NCBI GenBank assembly: GCA_964016885.1
Contig: OZ024740.1
Span: 283,526,001 to 283,590,000 of the forward strand
DNA: 64,000 nucleotides
From: Eledone cirrhosa
Lineage: Eukaryota
Direction of reading: 5' to 3'
The notes below the pieces were generated by a model that saw only the letters and a list, made by a program, of their open reading frames with translations, searched no databases and was not told where the DNA came from. How positions within the stretch are numbered: the first letter of the stretch is position 1; each line of letters begins with the position of its first letter. The position numbers and the translations under genes are program-made. Of this stretch, positions 52,325 through 64,000 are shown one piece after another.

Positions 52325-53808
52325 TCTCTCTATCTATCTATATATATATCACATAATGTTAATGTTTGTATGTAAACTTACTCTCTTCCTTATCATCACT
52401 CACATCTCCCTTTTCACTCACATCTTTTCTTCCCAACTTCATGTCTTCTTTTCTCCTCCCTTTCTTTCATCTTTCATCGCGATTTTGTTTGTTTTTTTTA
52501 TTTATACGCCTCTTCCTTTCTTTCTTTCTGTTTTTTTTTTCATTCACTTTTAGCCTATTTATTTCTTCATTTCATTCTTTTTTTCACCATAGAGATGGGT
52601 GTGGTGTTGGTTGAGAGATCATCACAATGACAATCTTGATATATAGCTTTGACGTAGAAGTTTTGCATGACCTTACGAAACATGAAACCAAATTGTTTCA
52701 TTTACATTGTTGTTTTATATGGTCACCACTAGGAATTTCCAACAGAACTGGAAAATATTCTTATTTAGCTTTTTGATCTTCATATCTAACTAAATAGCCC
52801 TCCTTGTATATCAATTTATCTAAATAGTTGTATGTTCAGATAACTAACTAGTCATTTAGATATCTAACTAAACGACTAATTGACTATTTTACTAATTATT
52901 TAGCTGCTTCACTGAATGTTTGGCTACCTATGTTTAGTTGGTTATCTTAACTTGATGTTTAGCTATGTAGGTTACTATCGAGATGGTTTAGCTATCTAAC
53001 TGTATGTTTAATTGAATATCTTACTGCTTGTTTAGCTATCTGAATGTATGTCAAACTATTTATTTAGCTACCTAACTGCATAGATAGCCAAGTTACTTAA
53101 TAGCTGTTTATCTATCTAATTGTATGTCTAGTTGATTGCATGTATGGCTATTTAACTATCTACTATGTTGTTGCCTATGTAAATAATTGTTTACTTATCT
53201 AAGTTTAAGTCTAGCCGACTATCTAAAGAGCTGTTTAGCTATATTTCTCTATGTGTAGTTAACTAACTGTTTTCCTTTTGATTTATATTTCAATATTTCG
53301 GCTGTAAAATATCCTTATCAAGAATAGAGTAGAATGAGCGTTGTTCTGATCGGCGATGATATAAAGGTCAAGGGAGTGAGGAAAATGAGATTTGCCTACG
53401 TGTTTGGTTCAAATCGTATTCAGAATAGCATGTACCTGTCCTTGAAAACTAGTGACTAAATATAGAAAGGAGTACTAACCAGTGATGTCATTCTGCCCGA
53501 CGGTAAAGACCTGCTGTTGACACTTCTGCGCTATAAAAACTAGAGATTAGTTCATGCTGTGAGTCATCTTAACATGTGAAGGGGCTTAAGAGTTACGGGA
53601 GAAGCTTCACAGTGTGTGTGTGTGAAGGAGAGTGTGTGGTGTGTGTGTGCATGTGTGTGCTAACATAAAGTGAATGCTACTTGGCTGGAAGGAAAATGGT
53701 AAAACCGGTTGGAAAAAATGAAAAACAAATAATGGTGGAATTAAGTTTAAAGCGATTGTGCATAAAAATGTACAACAACAACAACAACAACAACAACAAT
53801 AATGATAA

Positions 53809-53999
53809 TAATTGTTTATACTTTTGGCACAAGGCCAGCAATTACACAGTACATTACTGGTACTTTATTTTATCGACTCCGTAAGGATGAAAGGCAAAGT
53901 TAACCTCGGCAGGATTTGAACTCAGACCATAAAGGGCCGTAACTCTTTGCTGGAAAGCATGGCGTCCGCCCCTCTACCGATACTGCCAATCCACCACCC

Positions 54000-54040
<41 letters not shown>

Positions 54041-54115
54041 GTTTCTACGTTAGGCACAAGGCCAGCCATTACTCCAGTGCATTACTGGTACTTTATTTTA
54101 TCGAACCCGTAAGGA
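53809..54115 (-). mobile_element. SINE A plus partial copy
   Basis: Consensus match. Confidence 0.8.
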
Positions 54116-54156
54116 TAATAATAATAATAATGATAATGTTGATGATGATGATAATG

Positions 54157-54222
54157 ATTTCTTTATTGGCCACAAGGGCTGACATCAAGAAAAACATTAC
54201 AGACGGCACAGGACGGTACAGG
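54157..54222 (-). mobile_element. Tx1-like LINE extreme 3' end in (ATG/ATA)n
   Basis: TTTATTGGCCACAAGGGC is the reverse complement of 1755-1772. Confidence 0.5.
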
Positions 54223-54654
54223 ATGATGATGATGATAATCACGATAATTTCCATGATATAAGGAGCCAGACACGTTTCTTTAGAAGGGCCCCATAAAAAC
54301 AACTAATGGTTAATGACGTAACTTAAGGAGAAGCATTCTATCTTTATATAAAAACATTAGAGACACAAGAGAAACTGAGAGCCATAGGAGGCGGCGGCGG
54401 GGGGGCGGCGGCGGGGGGGGGGGGGGGACATTGTTGTTATAGATTTTTTTTTAATAGCAACAACTAAGGAAAACTAAGGAAAAAGGGAAAAGCGGGAAGA
54501 GAAGTAGACAGGGTTTAAGGGAGCTTGACTAAAAATACTGAAATTCGTAGGGTTGTGATGATAATGATGATCGTAATGATGATGATGATGATGATGATAT
54601 GAAGACTATAACCACGATGACGATGGTGGCGGTAATGGTAGCGGTGGGGTAATG

Positions 54655-55560
54655 GTTAGTGGTAGTGGTAGTGGTACTAGTAGTGGTAGTGGTAGCGGTA
54701 ATGGTAGTGGTAGTGGTAGTGGTAGTGGTAGTGGTAGTGGTAGTGGTAGTGGTAGCGGTAGTGGTACTGGTGGTAATGGTAGTGGTAGTGGTAGTGGTAC
54801 TAGTAGTGGTAGTGGTAGTGGTAGTGGTAGCGGTAGTGGTAATGGTAGTGGTAGTGGTAATGGTAGTGGTAGTGGTAGCGGTAGTGGTACTGGTGGTAAT
54901 GGTAGTGGTAGTGGTAGTGGTACTAGTAGTGGTAGTGGTAGTGGTAATGGTAGTGGTAGTGGTAATGGTAATGGTAATGGTAGTGGTAGTGGTAGTGGTA
55001 GTGGTACTGGTGGTAATGGTAGTGGTAGTGGTAGTGGTACTAGTAGTGGTAGTGGTAGTGGTAGTGGTAATGGTAGTGGTAGTGGTAGTGGTAGTGGTAG
55101 TGGTAGTGGTAATGGTAGTGGTAGTGGTAGCGGTAGTGGTAGTGGTAGCGGTAGTGGTAGTGGTAGTGGTACTGGTGGTAATGGTAGTGGTAGTGGTAGT
55201 GGTACTAGTAGTGGTAGTGGTAGTGGTAATGGTAGTGGTAGTGGTAGTGGTAGTGGTAATGGTAGTGGTAGTGGTAGTGGTAGTGGTAGTGGTAGTGGTA
55301 GTGGTAGCGGTAGTGGTACTGGTGGTAATGGTAGTGGTAGTGGTAGTGGTACTAGTAGTGGTAGTGGTAGTGGTAATGGTAGTGGTAGTGGTAGTGGTAG
55401 TGGTAATGGTAGTGGTAGTGGTAGTGGTAGTGGTAGTGGTACTAGTAGTGGTACTGGTACTGGTAGTGGTAGTGGTAGTGGTAGTGGTAATGGTAGTGGT
55501 AGTGGTAGTGGTAGTGGTAGTTGTAGTTGTAGTTGTAGTGGTAGTGGTAGTGGTAATGGC
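54655..55560. repeat. (GGTAGT)n hexamer array with recurring GGTACT/GGTAAT/AGC variants
   Basis: Direct inspection. Confidence 0.95.
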
Positions 55561-56639
55561 AATGGGGCTGATGAAGATAGTGGTGGAGTCGCGGTGAAGG
55601 GGTAAGGTTGATAATGAGGAATGTATTGTCAATGGTGGACGGTAATATTAATCTCCGTTGTCATGGTGATGGCAGTAGTATTAACGGTGGTGAGGGTTGA
55701 GGTGGTAGTGGTAGTGGCGGTGACGGTGATGGCGGTGGTGGTGGTGGCGCGGCGACGGCGGTGATGGTTGTGGTGGTGGTGGTGGTGGTGGTGGTGGTGG
55801 TGGTGGTGGTGGTTTTGGTGGGGGTAGTGGTGGCGGCGGCGATAGTGATGGTGGTGGTGGTGGTGGTGGTGGTGGTGGTGTGGTGGTAGTTGAAATAAAG
55901 TAGCAGGTGGTATTGTCAGTAGTAATGGTGGTTGTGGTAGCATCTTATAACGATGAAGGCAGTGGTGAGGTTTCGAACCTACTTTAAATGCAATCAATCA
56001 ATATAATGTTATGGCATGTTATAATAACAAACTCGAGTATCTTTATGTTTCGGTCTGTTTTCATCTTCGCCATCTCCCTTACTCGTTACGTGTGCGTGTG
56101 CATGTGTTTACATATGGAGGGAGAGGTGGAAACTAAAGGTATATGTGTCTGCACTTATGTGCAAGGACATATCTATGCATGCGTGTGTGCGTGCACACTT
56201 ATAGATATCAAATGTATATAAAATATGTAAAACTATGTATATGTTTATACCTATATGATGTACACACATAGACAATTTTATGGATATTTTAGAGCCCTTG
56301 CCTAGCTCTACAATGTGTGTCTTCTTCTCCCAGATATGCGCTCCATTCTTCCAAATAAAATAATTTTAACTTATAGTTTGATAAACATGCGAACATAGTT
56401 TTTAAGACTTCTTTTTGTGGCCACAATAGGAAAATCACAAAACCTATATTTTCTACTACACAGTTCACATTTGCCCTTTCTAAATCATGTAATAGGTTCA
56501 TAACACTATACGAACATCTCTACTGCTTTGAATAATTTCACCACATTCTACATAGCAAAGATATTTAGTGATTTATTTATTGGTCACAGGAAACTATTGT
56601 ATATTTTGGAAACAATCAACAAGATCCCAGGGCGGAACT

Positions 56640-57416
56640 CGTCAAATAGGACCAAGAAAACAATGTTTCCATTGGTCTTTCCATTGCTGATACTATCTAC
56701 TGGTTGCAACTCCTGGTAGAAAGAGTAACGTAAGATAAGGTGTCTTACTCAATGACATAAAGTATCGCCCGGTCCGAGATCCGAGATCACAATCTCACGA
56801 TTGCGAATCTAATTCTCTGGCTCTTAAGCCACGCGCCTTCACATATTTAATTAAATATTTTATTTAATTATGAAAATTTGTAAATTATAAGATTATGATA
56901 CTATAATATTCCGCAATGCGCCTCTCTGGGGTTCGCACCCGAGGCGGCTGTGTAGTTCACCTGAGGGTAGCACAGGTAGTGCCTGTATTTCTGCCGAGTG
57001 TTGTGACCTGTAGATAGTGTCTACAATGAAAAGACCAATGGAAACATGGTCTGCTTCATCCGATTTAACTATTGGCTTCTTTTCATATTGTTATATTAAC
57101 TGGCACTCCGTCTGTTACGATACGAGTGTTCCAATTGATCAGATCAATGGAACAACCTGCTCGTGAAATTAACGAGCAAGTGGCTGAGCATTCTACAGAT
57201 ATGCGTACCCTTAGTTCTCAGGGAGATTCAGCGTGACATAGAATGTGACAAAGCTGGTCCTTCCAATTAGGTACAACTCATTCTTGCCAGCTGAGTGGAC
57301 TGGAGCAACGAGAAATAAAGTGTCTTGCTCAAGGACACAACGCACCGTCGGGAATCGAACCCACAACGCTACGGCTGTGAGCCGAATACCTTAACCACAA
57401 AGCCACACGCCTTCAC
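56640..57416 (-). mobile_element. SINE B type 3 (56640-56842) and type 1 (57099-57416)
   Basis: Reverse-complement matches to 34532 and 11957 copies. Confidence 0.85.
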
Positions 57417-58007
57417 TGTTATATTACATATGTGAGATCCGTCTGTTTATTTAAATTGTTGTTTTTTTTGTTGATGCTTATTTTGTTTGTATAAATGTTA
57501 TCTGTGGCATTTCAATGTTAAAAAGCAATTACTTAAGATGGATTCTACTATTAATTCAAAGGTCGGCCTTGTAACATATTGTGTCACATTGATTCTGCCT
57601 GAGAAATTACGTTAAGGCTATATGTGTCACAGTCACGTACACTGTAATACTGTTTTACATTCATCAAATTAGGGATCGAGTAAAGAAGATCCAGTTATTT
57701 ATTTTTCTTTTGTGTATCCCTCTCTGCCCTTCTCGTCACTTTCTCACATTCACTCTCTCTCCCCCCCCCCCTCTTTCTATATATATATATATAATCATTG
57801 TAAATTCCATTCCCATAATAATTGTTGCCCATACAAAACCATGGTAGGGAGATCTATGTATAAGCAAAGTTGAAGGAAAAGATTTTCCATCGATCTTGTT
57901 TATACTCGCGTAATTAGAGTTTTTTCTCATTTAATTTTGATATATAATGCTGCTTCTTTGAGAGATTTCTTTCATTGAGATCTTTGGTTATTAGTGTCTA
58001 ATTAACC

Positions 58008-58091
<84 letters not shown>

Positions 58092-58553
58092 AGAATTACA
58101 GTTTTTTATGAAACCATATTACAATTGTTTCTATATCGATCAGCTAGGGTTTGTTGGGATGTATATGTATGCCTGTATTTATGTAAGCTTTTTTAAGTGA
58201 GGAAAGGTTTTGCACGGGGCCAATTCCTACTCTCTGGACATGGAATGCATTTACCCAAAAAGAAGAACTGGTCTACATCATTGGATGCAAACGATGTGGC
58301 AGGTTTTATATCAGATTCACCATCGCCTAGATAGATGTCATAATGAAGACTAGGAGTCTCTCACTCCACAAACATTTTTTTAAAAACAATAATAATATAC
58401 GTACATACACACACATGCACGCACGCACACACACACACAAACACACGCACACACACACACGCACACACACACACACACAAACACACACTCACACACACAC
58501 ACACACACGAACACACACAAACACACGCGCACACACACATACACACACATACT

Positions 58554-58585
<32 letters not shown>

Positions 58586-58686
58586 CACGCACACACACGC
58601 ACACACACTCACACACACAAACACACACACACACACACGCACACACACGCACACACACGCACACACACGCACACACACGCGCACGC

Positions 58687-58744
<58 letters not shown>

Positions 58745-58800
58745 ACACACTCATATGCAATCGGTACTAGCAGGGAAACCTTATGCTAATCCCGTCAACT

Positions 58801-59203
58801 GCGGTGGATTGGCAGTATCGGTAGAGGGTCGGACACCATGCTTTGCAGCAAAGAGTTACGGCCCTTTGTGGTCTGAGTTCAAATCCCGCCGAGGTTAACT
58901 TTGCCTTACATCCTTACGGGGTCGATAAAATAAAGTACCAGTAATACACTGAGATAATTGCTGGCCTTGTGCCAAAAGTAGAAACAATTATTATTAATAT
59001 TATATATATATATAAGGGCGGTAGATTGGCAGTATCGGTAGACAGTCGGACGCCATGCTTTCCAGCATAGTTACGTCCCTTTACGATCTGAGTTCAAATC
59101 CCGCCGAGGTTGACTTAGCCTTTCATCCTTACGAGGTCGATAAAATAAAGTACCAGTAATGCACTGGTTAATTGCTGGCCTTGTGCCTAAAGTAGAAACA
59201 ATT
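58801..59203 (+). mobile_element. Two tandem SINE A copies
   Basis: Consensus matches at 58801-58990 and 59016-59203. Confidence 0.85.
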
Positions 59204-59213
59204 ATATATATAT

Positions 59214-59372
59214 ATAGGAAATGAGTCAGGACCCCGACGGCTGAGCTCCGGCCATTTCGACAGCTAGATCCGAACAGGGTCCTGACTCTTTTCCTATTAC
59301 CCACTCTACTACCCTTAGTATTGAGTACTCTGGTGCGTTATGATCCACCTGGTATCTTACCACTCCCTCTTT
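59214..59372 (+). mobile_element. F7 element with inverted head
   Basis: Shared tail; inverted HHR stem II/III segment. Confidence 0.75.
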
Positions 59373-59533
59373 ATATATATACATATATACATCAGAAGTC
59401 GACACTTAAGTATCGAGTACTCTGCTGAATAATGGTCTTATTAGTTTAATACTGGTTTAATCCTGATATATACGGCTGGAGCTCAGCCATCGGGGTCCTG
59501 AATCTTTTCATATATATATATGTGTGTGTGTGT

Positions 59534-59590
<57 letters not shown>

Positions 59591-59971
59591 CATCCATATG
59601 CGTGTTTATGCATTAGGTATGGGAGTATGGTATATGTGCGTATGTATGGAAATGACGTCATCCCATCAGACGATAGAGTTTGGAATGGAAACCAATTCCG
59701 AACAATCTCTGTCAATAATTCTAACTTAAACATTTTTATGTTGTTTCTTTTACTTTTGCTCTTCTTTTTCTTTTTGTTGTTTATATATTTCTCCTGTATT
59801 TTATTTTGCTTTATGTTTCTAACCTACGACAGATACGGAATGTATCGACATGCAACACTGCTTTCCCCTCTTTCTCTATCTATCTATCTATCTGTCTGTC
59901 TGTCTGTCTATATTTCCTCTATCTATCTTCCATCTATTTATCTATCTATCTCCCACCTATCAATCTATCTC

Positions 59972-60023
<52 letters not shown>

Positions 60024-60027
<4 letters not shown>

Positions 60028-60255
60028 CGAGTAGGACCCCGACGGCTGAGCTCAAGCCGTTTCGACGGCTGATTCTGGAGTAAAGGAAAATTTGTAGGAT
60101 AAAAATGTTCATTTAGTCCAGAATTAGCCATCGAAACGGCTTGAGCTCAGCCGTCGGGGTCCTACTCGTTCCTATTACCCACTCTACTACCCTAAGTATT
60201 GAGTACTTTGGTGCGTTATGGTCCATCTGGTTCCTTACCACATTTCCTTCGTTAT
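60024..60255 (+). mobile_element. F7 element; palindromic head centred on putative HHR stem II
   Basis: GAAA(60133-60136)-CGGC..GCCG-TC^GGGGTCC; 60024-60078 is the inverted copy of 60117-60171. Confidence 0.8.
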
Positions 60256-60509
60256 ATATATATATATATAGAGAGATAGATATAGATATATCCCATCTAT
60301 CTATCTGTCTGTCTATCTATCTACCATCTATTTATTTCTATATCCATCTATGTCCCTATTTATATGGCTATCACTATCTCCTTTTCTATTACTGGTTGGA
60401 CGGTTATACGTGTGTATGTCTGTTGGTGAGGTGGTGTAGGTAGAAAGAGAGATTTATCGTTATAGTAAAGTGTGCAAGAGGATTTCTCTCTTTCACTCTC
60501 TCGCTCACA

Positions 60510-60548
<39 letters not shown>

Positions 60549-60722
60549 GCACACACTCTCTGCCTCTCACAGAAGCTATCTCCCCCCCCCCTCTCTCTCT
60601 CTCTACTTTGTTACCAACTTATGATCTATTTATTACCTCTCGTTCCATTGGCTGCCGAGAAATGTGCAAGTATTTGCTTTCAAAATTGTAAACATAAGCA
60701 TGTCGTATGTATGGACGGGGGC

Positions 60723-60821
<99 letters not shown>

Positions 60822-60840
60822 CGTAGACATACACACACAC

Positions 60841-60921
<81 letters not shown>

Positions 60922-60933
60922 TACGTATGTATG

Positions 60934-60965
<32 letters not shown>

Positions 60966-61137
60966 TATAGAGAGAGAGAGAGACAGATTTATAGACGGAG
61001 AGAGAGAGTGAGGTGGGGAGATATGCATATATATATGATGAACAGAGCAAGCTGAAAGTTCGAAGTCCCTGCCACTTTTCTTAATCTCTCTCTTTCTTTT
61101 TCTCTCTCTCTCTATATATATATCTATATATATATAT

Positions 61138-61206
<69 letters not shown>

Positions 61207-61331
61207 GAGAAGAAAGAATACGGCGTGGTTGCACATGGGTTACATATGATAAAAATAGTCCTTCATCAGTGATTTTCCAACGAACCTTCAACCGTCAAGG
61301 TTGTTTTTCCTCGGGTATAAAACAAATTTTG

Positions 61332-61396
61332 TATTTCATCTGATGAAAGCGCACCAAAACTGCCTTGGTTGCCCTTGAAATATATATAATAAAATA
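61332..61396 (+). ncRNA. Minimal type I hammerhead (F3)
   Basis: TATTTCAT-CTGATGA-AAGcGCACCAA..TTGGTtGCcCTT-GAAA-TATATA-TA^ATAAAATA. Confidence 0.8.
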
Positions 61397-61422
61397 ATTA
61401 TGGTTTTATAAATATAGTTTCC

Positions 61423-61512
<90 letters not shown>

Positions 61513-61908
61513 AGAGAGAGAGAGGAGGGGGGAAGTGGCAGGGATTTCGAACTTTCAACCTAGTCGGTTCAATCTGGGAGTCAGATGAATCGAGCAAGCT
61601 GAAACGCCGAAATCAGAGGCACTTTTCTACTTAGAAAATGACATTTACATCCTACTCACAAGTATTGAGTGCTTGTTCAGTCAATCTATGAATGTTTTAA
61701 GTACTATAGTATTTTAAACATACATTTTTATTATACACACTACCATACACCACACACGTGTGTGTGTGCGCGTTTGTATATGTATGCATATATACCCGTA
61801 CATTCTAATATGCGATAATATACTTATACTCAAATAATATAAATGTATCCGTGTACATCTAAAGTAAAGTTTGATCGCCATGCATTCCTCCTCGTTGTCT
61901 CTCCCACC

Positions 61909-61951
<43 letters not shown>

Positions 61952-62368
61952 TCTCTCTCTCTCTCTCGCTCTCTCTCGCCCTCTCTCTCTCTGTCCCCCC
62001 CCCCCCAAACCCTCTTTCGTCAAATCTGTATTTTTTTCTTCCATTTTCCTTCCAATAATCCCCCAGTAAAGACTCGAATGATGACTAAAATATGTAACTC
62101 AGTTATGTCTGTCTATTTGTCTATTGCTATTTATCAAACTTCACATTACGAACATGCTGAAATAGAATAGCACCCGTCACTATGGTGTACAATTGTAAAT
62201 ACCCACGTATACACGCATACACGTTCACATGCATGCATATATACACACATACACACGCACAACTACACATATCACTCATACCCTCACACAAACAAGCATA
62301 CATATGTACAGTCACAAAAGCAGACATGAAAACACATGAATCCTTTCTCAAAAACAATATGTAAATAT

Positions 62369-63152
<784 letters not shown>

Positions 63153-63504
63153 ATTATATATATATATTATATATATATATTATATATATATTATATATAT
63201 ATATATTATATATATATATTATATATATATATATATATATTATATTTTCACCCTCCTCCACACTGACACACACAAATGACATTCGCAAATATATTTGTGT
63301 ACATGCCTGTATGTTGTTGAAATATGAAGCAACGCTGTCCAAGCTAAACCATACTGTAACAAACATGATTTCTGAAATATATCCACCCCTGACACTGCAT
63401 TTCGTGTTATTGTAAATCAGATTTGCCATACTTATTTATTTTGAGACGATACTCATTTTCTCCTGCAGTTTCTTACACTTACTACATTATATCTCCATAT
63501 CACC

Positions 63505-63790
63505 GTCGCGTGGCTTCGTGGCTACCGTTTTGAACTTACGACTGTAATGCTGTGGGTTCGATTCTTGGACTGGGTTGTGCGTTGTTTTTAACCAAAACAC
63601 TTTATTTCACGTTACTCCACTCAGGTAAAATTTATTACCAGCAATAATTAAGGGTTCACCAAGTGATGGACTGTTGGCCTGTACTGGGATGTGGATGGGG
63701 ATTTGGTGAGCCTAGCACTCTCAGTCGTTTAAGGCCAATGAAACCAGTATAAGTACCACCCCAATGAGCTTCTAGGCTCGGGAAGGAATT
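63505..63790 (+). mobile_element. Diverged SINE B with another tail
   Basis: GGTTCGATTC B-box and ACACTTTATTTCACGTTACTCC domain. Confidence 0.65.
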
Positions 63791-63829
63791 TAACAATTAA
63801 TATATATATATATATATATATGTATGTAT

Positions 63830-64000
63830 AAGAAAGGTGTGGTAAAATACCAAGCGGAACATAACCCACAAGAGTACTCGATGCTTGGCGTAGAAGAGTA
63901 GGTAATATGAAAATATTGAGGACCCCTACGGCTGAGCTCCGGCTGTTTCGACAGCTAGATCCGAACGTGTTCCGATCTAGCTGTCCTCAATCTTTTCATA
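63830..64000 (-). mobile_element. Diverged F7 element
   Basis: Minus strand GACAGCTAGATC..GATCTAGCTGTC-GAAA-CAGC..GCCG-TA^GGGGTCC, then the shared tail. Confidence 0.7.

Noticed and set aside
52760-53270. Degenerate TAGCTATCTAAC-like periodic region
   Set aside because: Looks like an old decayed tandem repeat; no clear unit or structure could be defined by eye
54262-54300. Minus-strand GAAACGTGTC as a hammerhead 3' half
   Set aside because: No upstream core box or stem II and no second copy in the window
54529-55632. Mucin-like Thr-rich or Gly-Ser-rich ORFs
   Set aside because: Pure (GGTAGT)n read-through, open in several frames on both strands

Overview
Eukaryotic, extremely microsatellite-rich intergenic or intronic DNA with no recognisable host protein-coding gene. 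The SINE families and repeat density suggest a cephalopod such as octopus; this is inference from recall, not checked. Nearly all long ORFs are read-throughs of simple repeats. The window holds decayed transposons: L1/Tx1-like 3' ends, R4/Dong-like restriction-like-endonuclease (RLE) LINEs in (CATA)n, RTE and CRE fragments, a mariner pseudogene with its MITE, hAT MITEs, and about 30 tRNA-derived SINEs of two families. One SINE carries a 38 x 60-bp internal tandem array. The main unexplained signal is a set of about 16 minimal type I hammerhead-ribozyme (HHR) motifs in at least 6 sequence families, plus several half-motifs. They lie in short non-coding elements inserted in (TA)n tracts, arranged as partial tandem repeats (332, 481 and 544 bp periods) or as long fold-back palindromes (up to 545 bp). 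In two families the fold-back centre lies on a ribozyme stem. This looks like a diverse system of non-autonomous Penelope-like or retrozyme elements. All pairings were read by eye; no searches or folding programs were run.
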